This document shows, piece by piece, positions 48,025 to 59,792 of a stretch of DNA of 64,000 bases. This DNA comes from Dudresnaya verticillata. Its lineage: Eukaryota. Under the pieces are notes generated by a model. That model was not told where the DNA came from. It saw only the letters and a program-made list of their open reading frames with translations, and did no database searches. The DNA is taken from NCBI GenBank assembly GCA_977862235.1, contig OZ374563.1:868001-932000 (forward strand), written 5' to 3'. Position 1 is the first letter of the stretch. Every line of letters starts with the position of its first letter. The translations under genes and the position numbers were made by a program.

Positions 48025-50416
48025 GGCGAAGGTCGGGTTGGTTGGTTTCTTGGAGGGGGTGAAGAATGAGGTCGCAGGAGCGAAGGGCGACGATGACGAG
48101 CAACTCAGAGTGGTGAGGATGACGGAGGCATGCTTTTATACTAAACCTACGGACTCATCTTTCTTACAGTGCTTTCTAGAACATACGCTACGTAGTTCTT
48201 ACGAAACGACGAGCAAGCACAACATGCACACACCCTGCCAGCTGCACAGTGCCAGATGCGAGGCAGATCCGCCGAGATACACGTAGAGATTGCCGGGGAC
48301 GTTCAGCGATGGCAGCAAGACGCTGGAAGCAGCCCGCGGAGCTGGCTGCTGTATTCTGCACAAGGGCCTGCGGCGTTCCGAGTCTGAACTTTGCAACCTC
48401 GTGAGAGAAATGGCAGAGTCTGGTACATATGATTGCATAAATTGTCTCTTGCCGCACAGCCCTCTGTGCGGGGTCGCTCGCAACCTCTCGCCGGCGACGA
48501 ACATCACAGCACTACTTAGCCTCCACAGCCCCGCCGCTAGACGCGCGTCCAAGGCAGACAAGAGGATTAGTAAACTGTGTGCACAACAAGCCGCGCTTTA
48601 CTAGCGCTCTTGCCCGCTTTCGCTTTCGAGTCTTACCCTTAGTAGCAGGGTTCTGGCCTACAGAGTTGACGCAAGTCGTTCGCTGTGCCTGCCTTTGCTT
48701 CCAAGTTGTTGGAAGCAAAGCATATCAAAAGTATCAGGTCGTGCGGAATACAGCAACGGACAGCCTTGCGGCTTGCGGTTCTCCCTGTCCCAGGCGAGGG
48801 CGAAAGGGTGGATGCAGACAGAAACCCCCCGGTGCCGCATTTTGCAGGGCCGGGAAATAAGCCAAGGTGATATAGTTTGAGCATCTCGTTGGCATCTCGA
48901 TTTCATTACAGTGGCCGAAAAGAAGGGGTGACACTCTGTGCCATTTGTGCCATTTGTGTCATTTCAAGAGTGCTTGTGACATTTATGCTTCTCCAAAGCA
49001 TTACAGTACTGCCGGCCATGGGCGGCCTTTTCCTAAAATCTTTACTGAAACCAAGGCACACCCTCCACGCTCCCCCAAGGAAGTCCCGTCCCGTGCAAGG
49101 GCTTTTCTCACGCGGCATTCCATCCTTTTGGCCCTCGGCGAAGCTTTCAGATGGGGAAGAGAAGAGGTCAGGGCACAAATTGCCATGCAGCGTGGCAAAG
49201 TGTCGCTTTGGAGTTCTCACGGAATCGCGAGATGCAGATAGCACTATCGTGGATCCCAACAGGTTCATCCCCACTACTAGCCGACAATCCAGGGATCCAT
49301 GCGAGAAATGGGGAGTGGGCAAACAAAACCGCTGAGGCGAAAACCTTTGAAAATATACAACCGTCGGACCAGTCGGGAATCGAACTCAGTTTCCCGATTG
49401 ACGATGCACCTGTTAGCGACTACGTCAGAAATTCTCACAATGCGTGACGTGCCATCCACACACCTCCCATTCGCTGTTTCCATTTCATTACGAGCCCCGC
49501 AGTACGTGACGTACAATACTGTACAATCCATCCGAATTTCACAAATGCACAGTATCTTCCCTCACCCTCTCACGCATTCGCTTCGGCAGTTGTTGGCGCG
49601 TGCCGGCTTGCAGTGCATTGCACTTCGCCGCGTGCGGATGACAATCCAGTACTTTACTCCACATTCAACCCCGAGCAACAATCCCGATACAATTGAGCCC
49701 ACTGCAGCGCCATTCCGAATGGCTCCATCGCCGTTTCCCGCGACCAACTGCATCACGCTTTGGGTTACATCACGTCCGATGTATAACGGCGCTTTGTCAC
49801 TCTATGACCTCTCAGGGAAGCATAACATCCAGAAAAGATGCCGACTGAATTCGAGTCGCGCCTCGCTGCACACATCCCGGAATGGGCAGAATACTACTAA
49901 CCGTGGAACGTTATTATTTGCACCCATTTTCGTTCTTTCCGGTTACAAACAACGTAACAGCAACATTGCTATTTCCCATCATACCAACGCAACAGCAATA
50001 TTTTCAATTCATCGCCGTTGAGCATTTCTGCAGCTGCTGCAGTGCCCATCTCCGGTCTCGCCGCCCCGCACTGATCTACCTCACCCCTCTGCGTTCCTTC
50101 TCCCCCCCCCCGCAAGTGTTGCAGTACCTATCTTGTCTCCGCTTCCTACTCTATCCTTGTCCCTGGTTTTCCGGTTCTTTTACGCCCGTAGCGTTGTTTG
50201 AAACTCCGAGTCCGCCGGCCAAAACGCTTACCCACCTTGGCGCACAGCGGCGCAAACTGTATCGGTCTTCTTTCCCTTTCTCTTCTGCCCAACTCGCCGG
50301 AAAGTTGCTACGACCTCGTTCACCCTCCCCGTTCGCTTCGCCTAACTCGCTCATCTCCATTTCTCCTTCCCTGTCCGTTCGTTCTCAACGGCAAAACATA
50401 TTCCACTGATCTCACA

Positions 50417-51727
50417 ATGCCTTTCTTGTTCAATAGGGTTACTTCTCTGTTTGCTTCTCTGCAGACCTCTGCAATTGTGAGGAAATTTTCTCGGACTCGG
50501 TCACCATCCGAGGACTCCAACCCTGATGCACGGTGTGACGTCGCACCGGCCACGACGGGAGCGGAACAGAAGAATAAGTCTCGAAAGCGTACTACGGTGC
50601 ACTCACAGTTGGAACCGGATACTCAACTGTCCGCAAGTAAGAAGACTCGCCGTGGTCCGACGTCGCCTCCCGCTTCTGGAAGATCTGAGTCCATCCCAGA
50701 TTGGGGTCCTTCTCGACCAACAAAGCCTCAACACCTGAAACAGTGCATACCGACTTTGAAACGAGAGAGACGCCCACAGCTGCCCGGCAAGAGGAATGCT
50801 AGTCGCTCAGTCAGCTCCCCTCAACAAGCTAGGTCACTGTCAAATCCGTGCCTCAATAATCGTCCAGGGTCTCAGAATCTGAAACGCTCGGCACCGGGCC
50901 CTGAACAGGAACCCGACCTTCAAAACACAGGACTGAAGAAGGTTTGTCGCAAGACGGGCGCTATAGAACCTGTTGCAGTCAGTCAAGCCCCACTCACTAC
51001 CAATCTGAGAACGTCACAGGCTGTGCAGCTGAGGCAGTCCAACTCGGATGTGGAGAGAGAATCTGCACCTCAGCAGCCCCGGCTCGTAAACTCTCGTATG
51101 GGATTGCGTACTCCTCGACAGCTCAACATTGCATCTGTTTCAGCTTCCAAGCGCATCTATAGCGCAGCTTTGCTTCGGAAATCAGTCCCCGTGAAGAACC
51201 GCATACCTCCACCACGCAAGATAGACTTTGATGGACCACCACCGCCTATGCCAGGCGTCCCCGAAGACTATTTCTCTCCAGGTGCTCGTGGGTCGTTTCA
51301 TGCCGGCACGCGGTCGAGCTTGGAGTACATTTTCGATGCGCCTGCACGGTCCAAAGCCGTTGCTGAGTTCACCTTCAACACGGCCGACCCAATCCGAGCG
51401 GATAAAGTCCCGCATCCCGACTTGGCACCTGTTGTCAAGAAGCAAGAGCGAGAAGGAGTAGTGGGAGGGTCGTCCACGAAGGGCGTTCCTCTCGACCAGC
51501 AACCCAAGGATGCTGGGCCTGATGGTGACGACCGGCCGTTTTATGCGGATTGGGGTGTTGAAAATCCAGGCTTCAAGGAGAGGATGAGGTCAACTCGGCG
51601 GGGATGGTTGAGAGAAAGGAAAAGGCCGCACGAGTCGGATGGGTACCAACTGGTTCTGAGAAGGTTTCGATGGACTTTTGCCGAGGAACATAGCATTCAG
51701 CATGGGTCTCGGTATAGCCCGTTTTGA
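50417..51727 (+). CDS. Orphan basic protein X, copy 2
   Basis: Differs from copy 1 only near the C-terminus (IQHGSRY vs IPHGSLY) in the ORF track. Confidence 0.72.
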   Translation: MPFLFNRVTSLFASLQTSAIVRKFSRTRSPSEDSNPDARCDVAPATTGAEQKNKSRKRTTVHSQLEPDTQLSASKKTRRGPTSPPASGRSESIPDWGPSRPTKPQHLKQCIPTLKRERRPQLPGKRNASRSVSSPQQARSLSNPCLNNRPGSQNLKRSAPGPEQEPDLQNTGLKKVCRKTGAIEPVAVSQAPLTTNLRTSQAVQLRQSNSDVERESAPQQPRLVNSRMGLRTPRQLNIASVSASKRIYSAALLRKSVPVKNRIPPPRKIDFDGPPPPMPGVPEDYFSPGARGSFHAGTRSSLEYIFDAPARSKAVAEFTFNTADPIRADKVPHPDLAPVVKKQEREGVVGGSSTKGVPLDQQPKDAGPDGDDRPFYADWGVENPGFKERMRSTRRGWLRERKRPHESDGYQLVLRRFRWTFAEEHSIQHGSRYSPF

Positions 51728-54369
51728 CGCGGGCTCAATGCTGCAGTGCGTACAACGCAAGCTTACATTATCATCAGCTGCTACTTCCAAACATTTTCAA
51801 GTTAACATTGGAGAACAAGTAAAGGACGCTGGAAATCTGCGGTGACATGCCGCACATGCTTTCAAATTGCGTCAGGCTACAGGTGTTGTGCTTCTTATTG
51901 TGGTCTCGGCCAGCCTCGGATTCAGATCTTTTGCATACCCCATAGTTAGAATTTCTAGCACCTTCATGACTAGAGGGAGGAGGGGTCAAGAATTCCCACT
52001 GAAGCCGTGGGCATGACGAACCAACTCTTGAACTCTACTCATGATGAACGGGGGAAACAGAGCTGGCGACAAGCTGTTTTGTCGCACGAGAGTGACGTGA
52101 TAGCATAGATGTTGTAAATCAATCCTCTTCGTCATTGAAGTTGCTTCTTGGAAGTGCACTACAGTATCTTGGAACTTCTGCGGCCCGCGCTGACTTGCAA
52201 GCGCGGCCATAAATTGAGATAGGCATAGTACCCGAAGTGGACTTGAAAGCAGAAAATCGACACAGTTCTGCATTGCCACACTTTCCTGTCCCGATTCGCC
52301 AGCGGCGGCAGTTAAACTCTGGTAACTCTTTTCTCGAGATGCTCTTGTTCCCCCGCTCTCCCCCGTGACCCATCAGCACCAACTTCGTTTCATGTCTTCA
52401 AAAATCCCTGTGCTGTCACTCTAATTCACTCTTGTTGGCAGCGCGCTCGACTCTATCGGTCGTCTGCTTCTCTATTGCCCAATGGCACTTGATAGGCGCG
52501 TCCCCGGCTTGATTCACTGTTTCTCGCACTATATGAATGTCTTTCCATACGATCTCTTACTCTAACGCGCACAGATAGTACAACACGCGAAACCGTCTTT
52601 TATGAAGCAACCAGGCCCTGATCGGAACAGGGTCCAGGGAAGGTGGATAGAGTGTGTGAACAAGATTGTGCTTGCGCCTGTTTTGTACGCGGCACTCATC
52701 TGGAAGTTTCTCGCGTTCGCTACCCATGTTTCCTTACACAGCGCACTGCATGTATCTGTGTCCTTCTTCTCTCTCATTCCCCGACTACTACAAAAACTCA
52801 TGTGCAAACAAACCAAGACCTTCTCATCATCAAAAATTGCTTGACATTTGTCTGAAAACTTGCAAAAGGGTCCATGACTGCAGCCGACAAGATAGTCCTA
52901 GCCATGGTCCGCCGTCGTTTTACTTTGTGATGAGTACCTGTTCGTTATTTGAACTCTGGCCTATCGTTTCCTCGGCTGTTAAAGTGTACGTGGTGAGTGC
53001 GTCCAGTACAAACATGAATGCAAGCCGTCTCCGGTGCTTACATGGTTTTTAAATACGCACTGGGCAATCAAAAGGAGTATCGGTTATGTTTGGGAACCGG
53101 AACGTTTTCTTTCGACGAGAGGGCTGAGGATGGAGTGCGTAAGCCTTTCAATAGGCTTAAGACAGGCGGATGCGTCTGACGGAGAAGGTAGCGGTTATGG
53201 GCAGTTCACATCGACATGGGGCACTCTTTCCGCATGGATGGAACCACCGACCGAATCCTTATTTCTGATAGAAATGTGAAGGCCCACTCGGCTTTGGTGC
53301 GGAACAGAATGCCATACATAATACTCCCATTCGCCGTTTCCATTGTGCATTGTGGTTGAGGGCACCACCGGTACCTTGCGACTCCTCTTCTCACCTCCCT
53401 GTCGGGCTTGCCTTCTGAAAATGATGTCAGTGCTTGTAGAACGCAGAGCAGGCATGGCACAGATACCACTTCCGCATTTCGTTGCTACTCTCACTCATCA
53501 TTTTTTGGGAGGCTTCCGCATGGATATACAGTTATCAGCAGAAACCTGTTTGGTGGAATGCACATATCTATTGTCGGTTGCCACCATACGTACCGCTGTT
53601 CGCTTCTAATGAAGCGTTTTCCCTCTACTTCAATCTGTCGTCACGCTAATTAGAACCCAACAATGACTGACACAATCTCATCCGATAGTATCATCCTGCA
53701 TTGTCTAGGTTCCATGTAATATCGGGAAAGCTGTGCGCTTCCGGCAGCGAAGCGAGGTCGGAAGAGACTCACAGCTGTCCTCGAATACAACATAGCCCGT
53801 CACGCGTCATAATTGCAACTTCCTGTGCACCACAATCCCATTGACGCCGTACCATGACCAGTCAGTTGCACTTTGCCCCGTACCTCTATCCCTACCCACC
53901 CCACCCCCACCCACACTCTTGCCCGGCAACCTAACCCGTGCTCACACAAACAAACTCCCGCGCTAAGCGACCCCTTCCCCTGCTCACACAAGTGCAGCTG
54001 ACGGAAGGCTCAGCCTTCAAATGTGCTGTGAACAGTGCTCTTCTTCCGGTTGCCTCGTTCTGTTCTGCACTGCTCCCAAACCGTGCCACAAGTGTTCACT
54101 CCTGGCCACTCTACACAGGTTTCTTTAAGCTTGTTTTTATTGCACTACTCGCTTCGCCCTACCTCGTTGAAGTTTCCAAGCTTTCTTTCTACCCTTCCCG
54201 AAAACAATTCCAAGCTTCCTTTAAGTTCACCTTACTGTTTCCCGCCGCTTGCTGCCCTTGTTCCTACCGTTTGTATTGGCAGAAACTTTTGCTACCTCAG
54301 CATCCTCTCTTTTCTTTTCTCCAGACCAATCCTCTTTGCACAAGCTTGCCGACAGATAGACTTCCTACT

Positions 54370-55380
54370 ATGCCAAATCTCAAACGCAAAAAGGGGTATG
54401 TGAACTCCAAACCAGTGGAACAACCGTCTCAACCGAAAAGGACTCGAGGCGAGGCCCCTACTCCTCGCTCGGGTCACAAACGCAGGAAGTCGGTTGTGTG
54501 TCGCAAACCAAATGAGAAACTGCTTCCTTCAGAAAGAGTTGTAACCGACGATCGCCCTCTTCGCTCGTCCCCGGGACAGAAGGGTACAGGCAGGGGATGG
54601 CAATCTAAGCAATCTCCCACTGTCCGAGATAAAGAATCACCGCGAATCAACTTTGACGACCCGCCACCTCACAGGTCAAAGGTGCCGAAGGGGTACTTTG
54701 AGAGCTCCAATCAAGGAATTTTCCACCCGGGGGCAACGACAGTTCGCGAATATGTGTTCCACGCATGGCCTAGAACAAAGGCCATTGGGGAGTACTTGCT
54801 GAACCTGGCCGACCCCATACGAGCCGACAAAGTACCACATCCTGCTGCAGCACAGTTTGCAAATAGATGCAATAGTTCTGTACTAGTGGAATCTCAACGT
54901 AGTCCAAGCTCGATCACTTTCGCTGGCGTAACTCCTGGCAACGAGGTGATAAAAGTTTCAGGGAAGTCTACAGACGGAAAGACACTTGAATGCTACTGGG
55001 GCACACCGGGATGCACCTCTGGAGAGCATCAGAAAGAAGGTGAGAAGAAGGTGGGATTCAGGGCATCTAATGTTGGGACTGTGCAGGTATTCGGAAGTGG
55101 AAAAACGGCAAGGCGCTACTTGGTGTTGCCCATTGTGGAAGGCGGAGAAACCGAAAGTGGTAAACAGCAACGCAAAGGGAGCCAGAAAGCGCGGGATTTG
55201 GGTTTGAAAAAGGCGGACTTTAAGGAGGAGATGCGTGCGCGGCGGCGGAGTTGGCTGGGAGAAAGAAAGGCGCCGGTTGGTTCGGAAAACTTTGCGGTGG
55301 TTCTCAAGAAGTTTCGGTGGACGTTTTCCGAGGATCATAGGGTCCCGCACGGTAGACGGTTTTGTCCTTGTCCCTTTTGA
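54370..55380 (+). CDS. Orphan basic protein Y (~336 aa), paralog of X, intact copy
   Basis: MPNLKRKK NLS-like start; INFDDPPP...ADPIRADKVPHP; FKEEMR...FRWTFSEDH...PF. Confidence 0.72.
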   Translation: MPNLKRKKGYVNSKPVEQPSQPKRTRGEAPTPRSGHKRRKSVVCRKPNEKLLPSERVVTDDRPLRSSPGQKGTGRGWQSKQSPTVRDKESPRINFDDPPPHRSKVPKGYFESSNQGIFHPGATTVREYVFHAWPRTKAIGEYLLNLADPIRADKVPHPAAAQFANRCNSSVLVESQRSPSSITFAGVTPGNEVIKVSGKSTDGKTLECYWGTPGCTSGEHQKEGEKKVGFRASNVGTVQVFGSGKTARRYLVLPIVEGGETESGKQQRKGSQKARDLGLKKADFKEEMRARRRSWLGERKAPVGSENFAVVLKKFRWTFSEDHRVPHGRRFCPCPF

Positions 55381-56075
55381 AGGAAGGGAAAAGGGCAAGA
55401 ACGTGGGGTCGAGGAGAGGGGCTGATGTCAGGCCGACGTGAACTGGTGGAGACGCCAGCTTTGGTAAGAAGAACAGTAAGTTGTTCTCTTCGTGTAGCTG
55501 TCCACGCCTCGGATACGCGAGAGGACAACAAGAGAAATCTTCTTGTTCCTTGATGGTCTAGTAGACTCAAGACTGAACAAGAAGTAGAATCCTTGTTGCT
55601 GTAGTACCGCTGTTTGTGCTACTGGGACTTTTCAGCCCTCAGGAGGGTACACATTTTGCACTTGGACCAGGGATCCCGGACTTTTATTCGTTATCGTTAG
55701 CTTTCGATTGCACAGCTATTGCTTAAAGCAACTTTTCTTTGTCGTTGCACTCGTCTTAGGAAGTGAAGTTGGCAGAGGGTAAAGGTTGCCAACACCATGG
55801 CATGTCCTGTTTATTTAAGACACATGCCATATCAAGGGTTATTGGCCACTCGTTGAATTACACGTTTTCAATGTCCCCTCATCACTCGTTTCAGGAGCTA
55901 TCGAGCGTTGACGTACTGTATACAGTATAGCAAATACTGCGCCGTGCCTCAACAGCTGTTGATCTCGAGCTGGCACAGATCCGCGCAAGGTCTCGTCCGG
56001 CCGCCCAACCCCTGGAGGGTACCATCGACAACTTCCTCCATTCCAAGCCGCCTCGACCGAAACCTCACATCCGCA

Positions 56076-57812
56076 ATGCGTTCTCCGTTCGCCTTCTCCC
56101 CTTCGACCCACCTTGCAACATTCGCCCGAACTCGCCTCCTCTCGCGCCAGCTCCCGCGGCCGCACCGCGCATACACCCGTCCGCGCGTCCTGTGCACCAC
56201 GGCGAACCCACCAGCGCCATCAAGCCCCACCACGCCACCGGCCCCGGTGAACCCGCGGCGCCTGCGCAAGGGCGACACGCTTGATCTGGAGTTCGAGCAC
56301 CTGCTTCCGGGCGGCCGGTCCATGGCACGCGTACCGCCACTACCGTTCATCGCGTCGGAGGACGTCGGCATCCCCGTGTACGCCCCACGCGGTGCCTGCC
56401 CCGGCGACCGTATCCGCTGCGCTATCACGAAGGTCAGACGTCGCCCGCGTGCCAACGCGCAAATCCCAGCCGCTGATGCTCGGGTCTACGCAGAGGCCGT
56501 CTTTGTTGAGCTGCTTGCCTCGTCCCCGAATGCTGTCGAGTCGCCTTGTTCGCACTTTGGCAACTTCCGACTGGGCGGTGGCGGATGTGGCGGGTGTAGC
56601 TCCATGCATGTGCCGTATGCCCTGCAGTTGGAGATGAAGCAGGCTCAGGTTGAGTCCACGTTCGGAAAGGTTTGTGCCATGTATGGCGTCGATGTGCAGC
56701 CTATTCGCGCGTGCGATCGCACGTTGCACTATCGAAATAAGATGGAGTTTAGCTTTGGGAGGAGGTGGTACGAAAAGGCTGCAGATGCGGACAACGGCAT
56801 TCGGAATGGGCCTGGCGAGTACGAATATGCACTTGGGCTGCATGCTCCGCAGCGCTTTGACAAGGTTGTGCAGATACAGCAGTGCTACATTCAGCACCCT
56901 ACTGGCAACGATATTTTGAGGTTCATTCGCGACCGGAGTCCGGAGCTCTTGTTGGAGCCATATGATACCAAGATGGATACAGGTTACTTGCGCAATATTG
57001 TCTTGCGAACAGCGAAGAATGCGAGCGGTGAGATCGAGTATATGGTCAACATTGTTACCAGCCCTTGTGATGTGCCCGATAGACTAAAGGTATTGGCAGA
57101 GGAGCTGGTTCACAAGTTTCCGTCTATCATCTGTGTGATGCAAAACATGTGCGGAGTGAAGGGCCAGCACGCCGTAGAACATGGCCGCGAACGCTTCCTC
57201 TCTGGTTCCAGAGATTATTTGGAACAGATGCTTTTTGGACTCAAGTTTCGAATCTCTGCAAACTCCTTCTTCCAAACAAACCCGGAGCAGACTGAGTTGC
57301 TTTTCGAGGAAGTGAAGTCAGCTGCTAACCTCACCGGCAGGGAAACAGTACTTGACCTCTTCTGTGGAACAGGCACAATTGGACTTTCTCTCGCAGAGGG
57401 TGCAAGTCAAGTGGTCGGCATTGACGTTGTACCCTCTGCAATAGCTGATGCGCGTTTAAACGCCGCTGCGAATGGGATCACAAATGTGAGCTTTCAGAAT
57501 GGCAACCTTGAGAAGCTGAAAAGCTTCCTGGAGGAAGCAGACCTCCCCCAGCCAGATGTAGTTGTTGTTGACCCACCTCGAGCTGGACTGCATCCTGATT
57601 TGGTCCAGTTCTTGGCGAAGAGCTCAGCAAAGAGGATTGTTTATGTCAGCTGCAACCCAGTTAGTCAGGAACGAGACATAATGCTTTTGGAAGGCAGGGC
57701 ACCAGGCAAGTTTACAACCACAAGAGTCCAGCCGGTGGATATGTTTCCAAACACACCACACCTTGAGTGCGTTTGCTTGCTGGAGAACACGCACGTTGAG
57801 AATTCTTCCTGA
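56076..57812 (+). CDS. RNA (uracil-5)-methyltransferase, TrmA/RlmD (RumA) family, with TRAM-like domain and probable organellar transit peptide
   Basis: CSHF...CGGC Fe-S motif, YRNKMEFSF, SFFQTN, DLFCGTGTIG, DPPRAG, YVSCNP, VDMFPNTPHLE; Ser/Arg/Pro-rich N-terminus. Confidence 0.92.
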   Translation: MRSPFAFSPSTHLATFARTRLLSRQLPRPHRAYTRPRVLCTTANPPAPSSPTTPPAPVNPRRLRKGDTLDLEFEHLLPGGRSMARVPPLPFIASEDVGIPVYAPRGACPGDRIRCAITKVRRRPRANAQIPAADARVYAEAVFVELLASSPNAVESPCSHFGNFRLGGGGCGGCSSMHVPYALQLEMKQAQVESTFGKVCAMYGVDVQPIRACDRTLHYRNKMEFSFGRRWYEKAADADNGIRNGPGEYEYALGLHAPQRFDKVVQIQQCYIQHPTGNDILRFIRDRSPELLLEPYDTKMDTGYLRNIVLRTAKNASGEIEYMVNIVTSPCDVPDRLKVLAEELVHKFPSIICVMQNMCGVKGQHAVEHGRERFLSGSRDYLEQMLFGLKFRISANSFFQTNPEQTELLFEEVKSAANLTGRETVLDLFCGTGTIGLSLAEGASQVVGIDVVPSAIADARLNAAANGITNVSFQNGNLEKLKSFLEEADLPQPDVVVVDPPRAGLHPDLVQFLAKSSAKRIVYVSCNPVSQERDIMLLEGRAPGKFTTTRVQPVDMFPNTPHLECVCLLENTHVENSS

Positions 57813-58579
57813 CAAAGGGAATTACCTGCATGAGATTACATTCGCATTGGATACAGGCAAGGAATCCTTTCCAAGCTTTGCGATTCTGCTTTTGTCGTCG
57901 ACCTCGGCTTGTTTATACTACAGTGACTGACTGAAGAGTAAATGCTAAACATGCATATATATATCATTTGTTCAACTTCGGAGTTCTATATGTTTCGCTG
58001 GTGAAGTGTTTAATTTCACCAGTTGTTCAAAACCTATCTGCATTATCTCGAGGCCTGACACGCATGAATCACTCTTGCTGCCCGCGATATCAGCAAGGTT
58101 CAGGTGACTTGTTGGGTTCATTGTGCCGTACTGCGGTAATAGTCGCTGCTACTGTTGCTAAACAACAGCAGCAGCGACCACAAGGGTGTAGCTCGATCGT
58201 CTCTTGAACGCATTGCAAAAACACCGATCGTTCTTGGAACGAGTAAAGGTTCCAAGAACAACGTTCCAAGAACGAGTTCATCGGAATCTGCGGATTATAG
58301 TGATTGTTGCCTTCGAAAATTTCGAGAAATTGTCGATATTATTCAGCTGTCCATTCATTCTGGTGCTGCGTTCCATTATCCGGCACGGCGAAAGCAACTC
58401 GAGGCTTCATCCACTGGGTCCGTCCCCCAACAGGCATGGGAACACATGAGTGTCAACTCCCCTTGCTAGTGCAGTCTTGAGAATCCCTAGAGCTCTGCAG
58501 ATTTTTTTTCAACAAGCCCCTGTCGACACGCAACTTGGCTGGTACTGTAGCTTGTGCATTGCTTCTCGACGTCTCGAAG

Positions 58580-59509
58580 ATGGTTGCGCGAGAAGAAGGT
58601 GAGGAGCAAAAGCTCGAGCAGCGACGACTTCCTTTCCATGTTCACGAAGATGGTGAAGGAATAGATATTCACGGGTGGATTGTTCGCAGTGTGCAGAAGG
58701 CCATTGCATCTAGCACAGTTGAGGAGGGGCTCAGCGAAGAACTCGGTATTAAGCTTCCAGGTATGCTGTTTGACAAGAGTTTTCTGCAATTGACGTTCCG
58801 TGGAGAAAGACAGTATCACAGCTTGGATCAATCGCAGTCGCCCGGACAACCGTTTGAACTTGCGTTTAACGCTGTCGATGCATTAAAGATGGTTGGAGAT
58901 GCTGACCCCAACATCAAGGTCAAAGCAGCCGAGCGATGGGATTCCAAGGCAGACCGATCAGATGTCGAAATTATGACTATCCAGAAGGCTAGTGACTGGA
59001 CGTTTTCGTCGAAGTACCCAGGGACTATCAAGATAGGAGGAGATAGCTACGATGATCTTTCGAAGAGCTGGTCGCCTGCAAGCGCCGGGGCGCCCGATTC
59101 TGCTGGTGAGGTTGGGTTGTCGCCGGGGACAGTCGCGATTGACTACGATGCGCTGAGGAATACCGACATACCTATTCTGTACAGTTCGCAAGTTGTGCTT
59201 TTCGAGGATGAACTCGATGACAACGGCACCGCATCGTACAAAGTCAGGATCCGGGTCATGCCGTCATTCCTTTTCATTCTCGCTCGTTTCTTTCTGCGAG
59301 TGGATGGTGTTCTCGTTCGCATGTATGATACGCGTTACTTCCACAGATTCGGGACTGAAATCGTGATTCGGGAAACTGTTTCAAGAGAGGCGAACCTCGC
59401 TACCACTCTGAAAAGTGTACACCCATCTCTTTTGCGAGACCCGGACCTGGCATCCCAGCGCATTCCGATCTGCCAAACCAAAGTTGAGAACATCCGCTTG
59501 TTACCCTAG
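58580..59509 (+). CDS. TIP41: TIP41-like protein (TIPRL; PP2A/TOR pathway regulator)
   Basis: LPGMLF, FNAVDAL, DWTFSSKYPG, LFEDELDDNG, RVMP..F.LARFFLRVDGVLVR..DTR motifs. Confidence 0.92.
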   Translation: MVAREEGEEQKLEQRRLPFHVHEDGEGIDIHGWIVRSVQKAIASSTVEEGLSEELGIKLPGMLFDKSFLQLTFRGERQYHSLDQSQSPGQPFELAFNAVDALKMVGDADPNIKVKAAERWDSKADRSDVEIMTIQKASDWTFSSKYPGTIKIGGDSYDDLSKSWSPASAGAPDSAGEVGLSPGTVAIDYDALRNTDIPILYSSQVVLFEDELDDNGTASYKVRIRVMPSFLFILARFFLRVDGVLVRMYDTRYFHRFGTEIVIRETVSREANLATTLKSVHPSLLRDPDLASQRIPICQTKVENIRLLP

Positions 59510-59792
59510 CGTATTTTATTCTCATAAGGTCAAGTGGATCGGGCATCTTAATGCACGGGTTGCTCTGAAGCTATTCGTACTTCATTGCTTCGCGTGACAG
59601 TTCTTTGCAAGCCGACTTGCCTTCTTTGCTTTTTACAAGAAACAGCGTTCTGTTTTTCGACCGCTTTTTCGATATGCGTCATATCGGGATGGGGTATCGA
59701 CTGAGCCACCTTTCAGTACGATTCCTATTGATGATATTCGAACTCCTGCCGCATAACAAGGGCATCAATAACCACATTCACAGGGAGCACTT

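Larger units (their letters stand above)
47376..55907 (+). repeat. Tandem segmental duplication, copy 2 (no non-LTR insertion)
   Basis: Homology to copy 1 from 47376; it decays toward ~55907 (matches ~47285). Confidence 0.9.
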
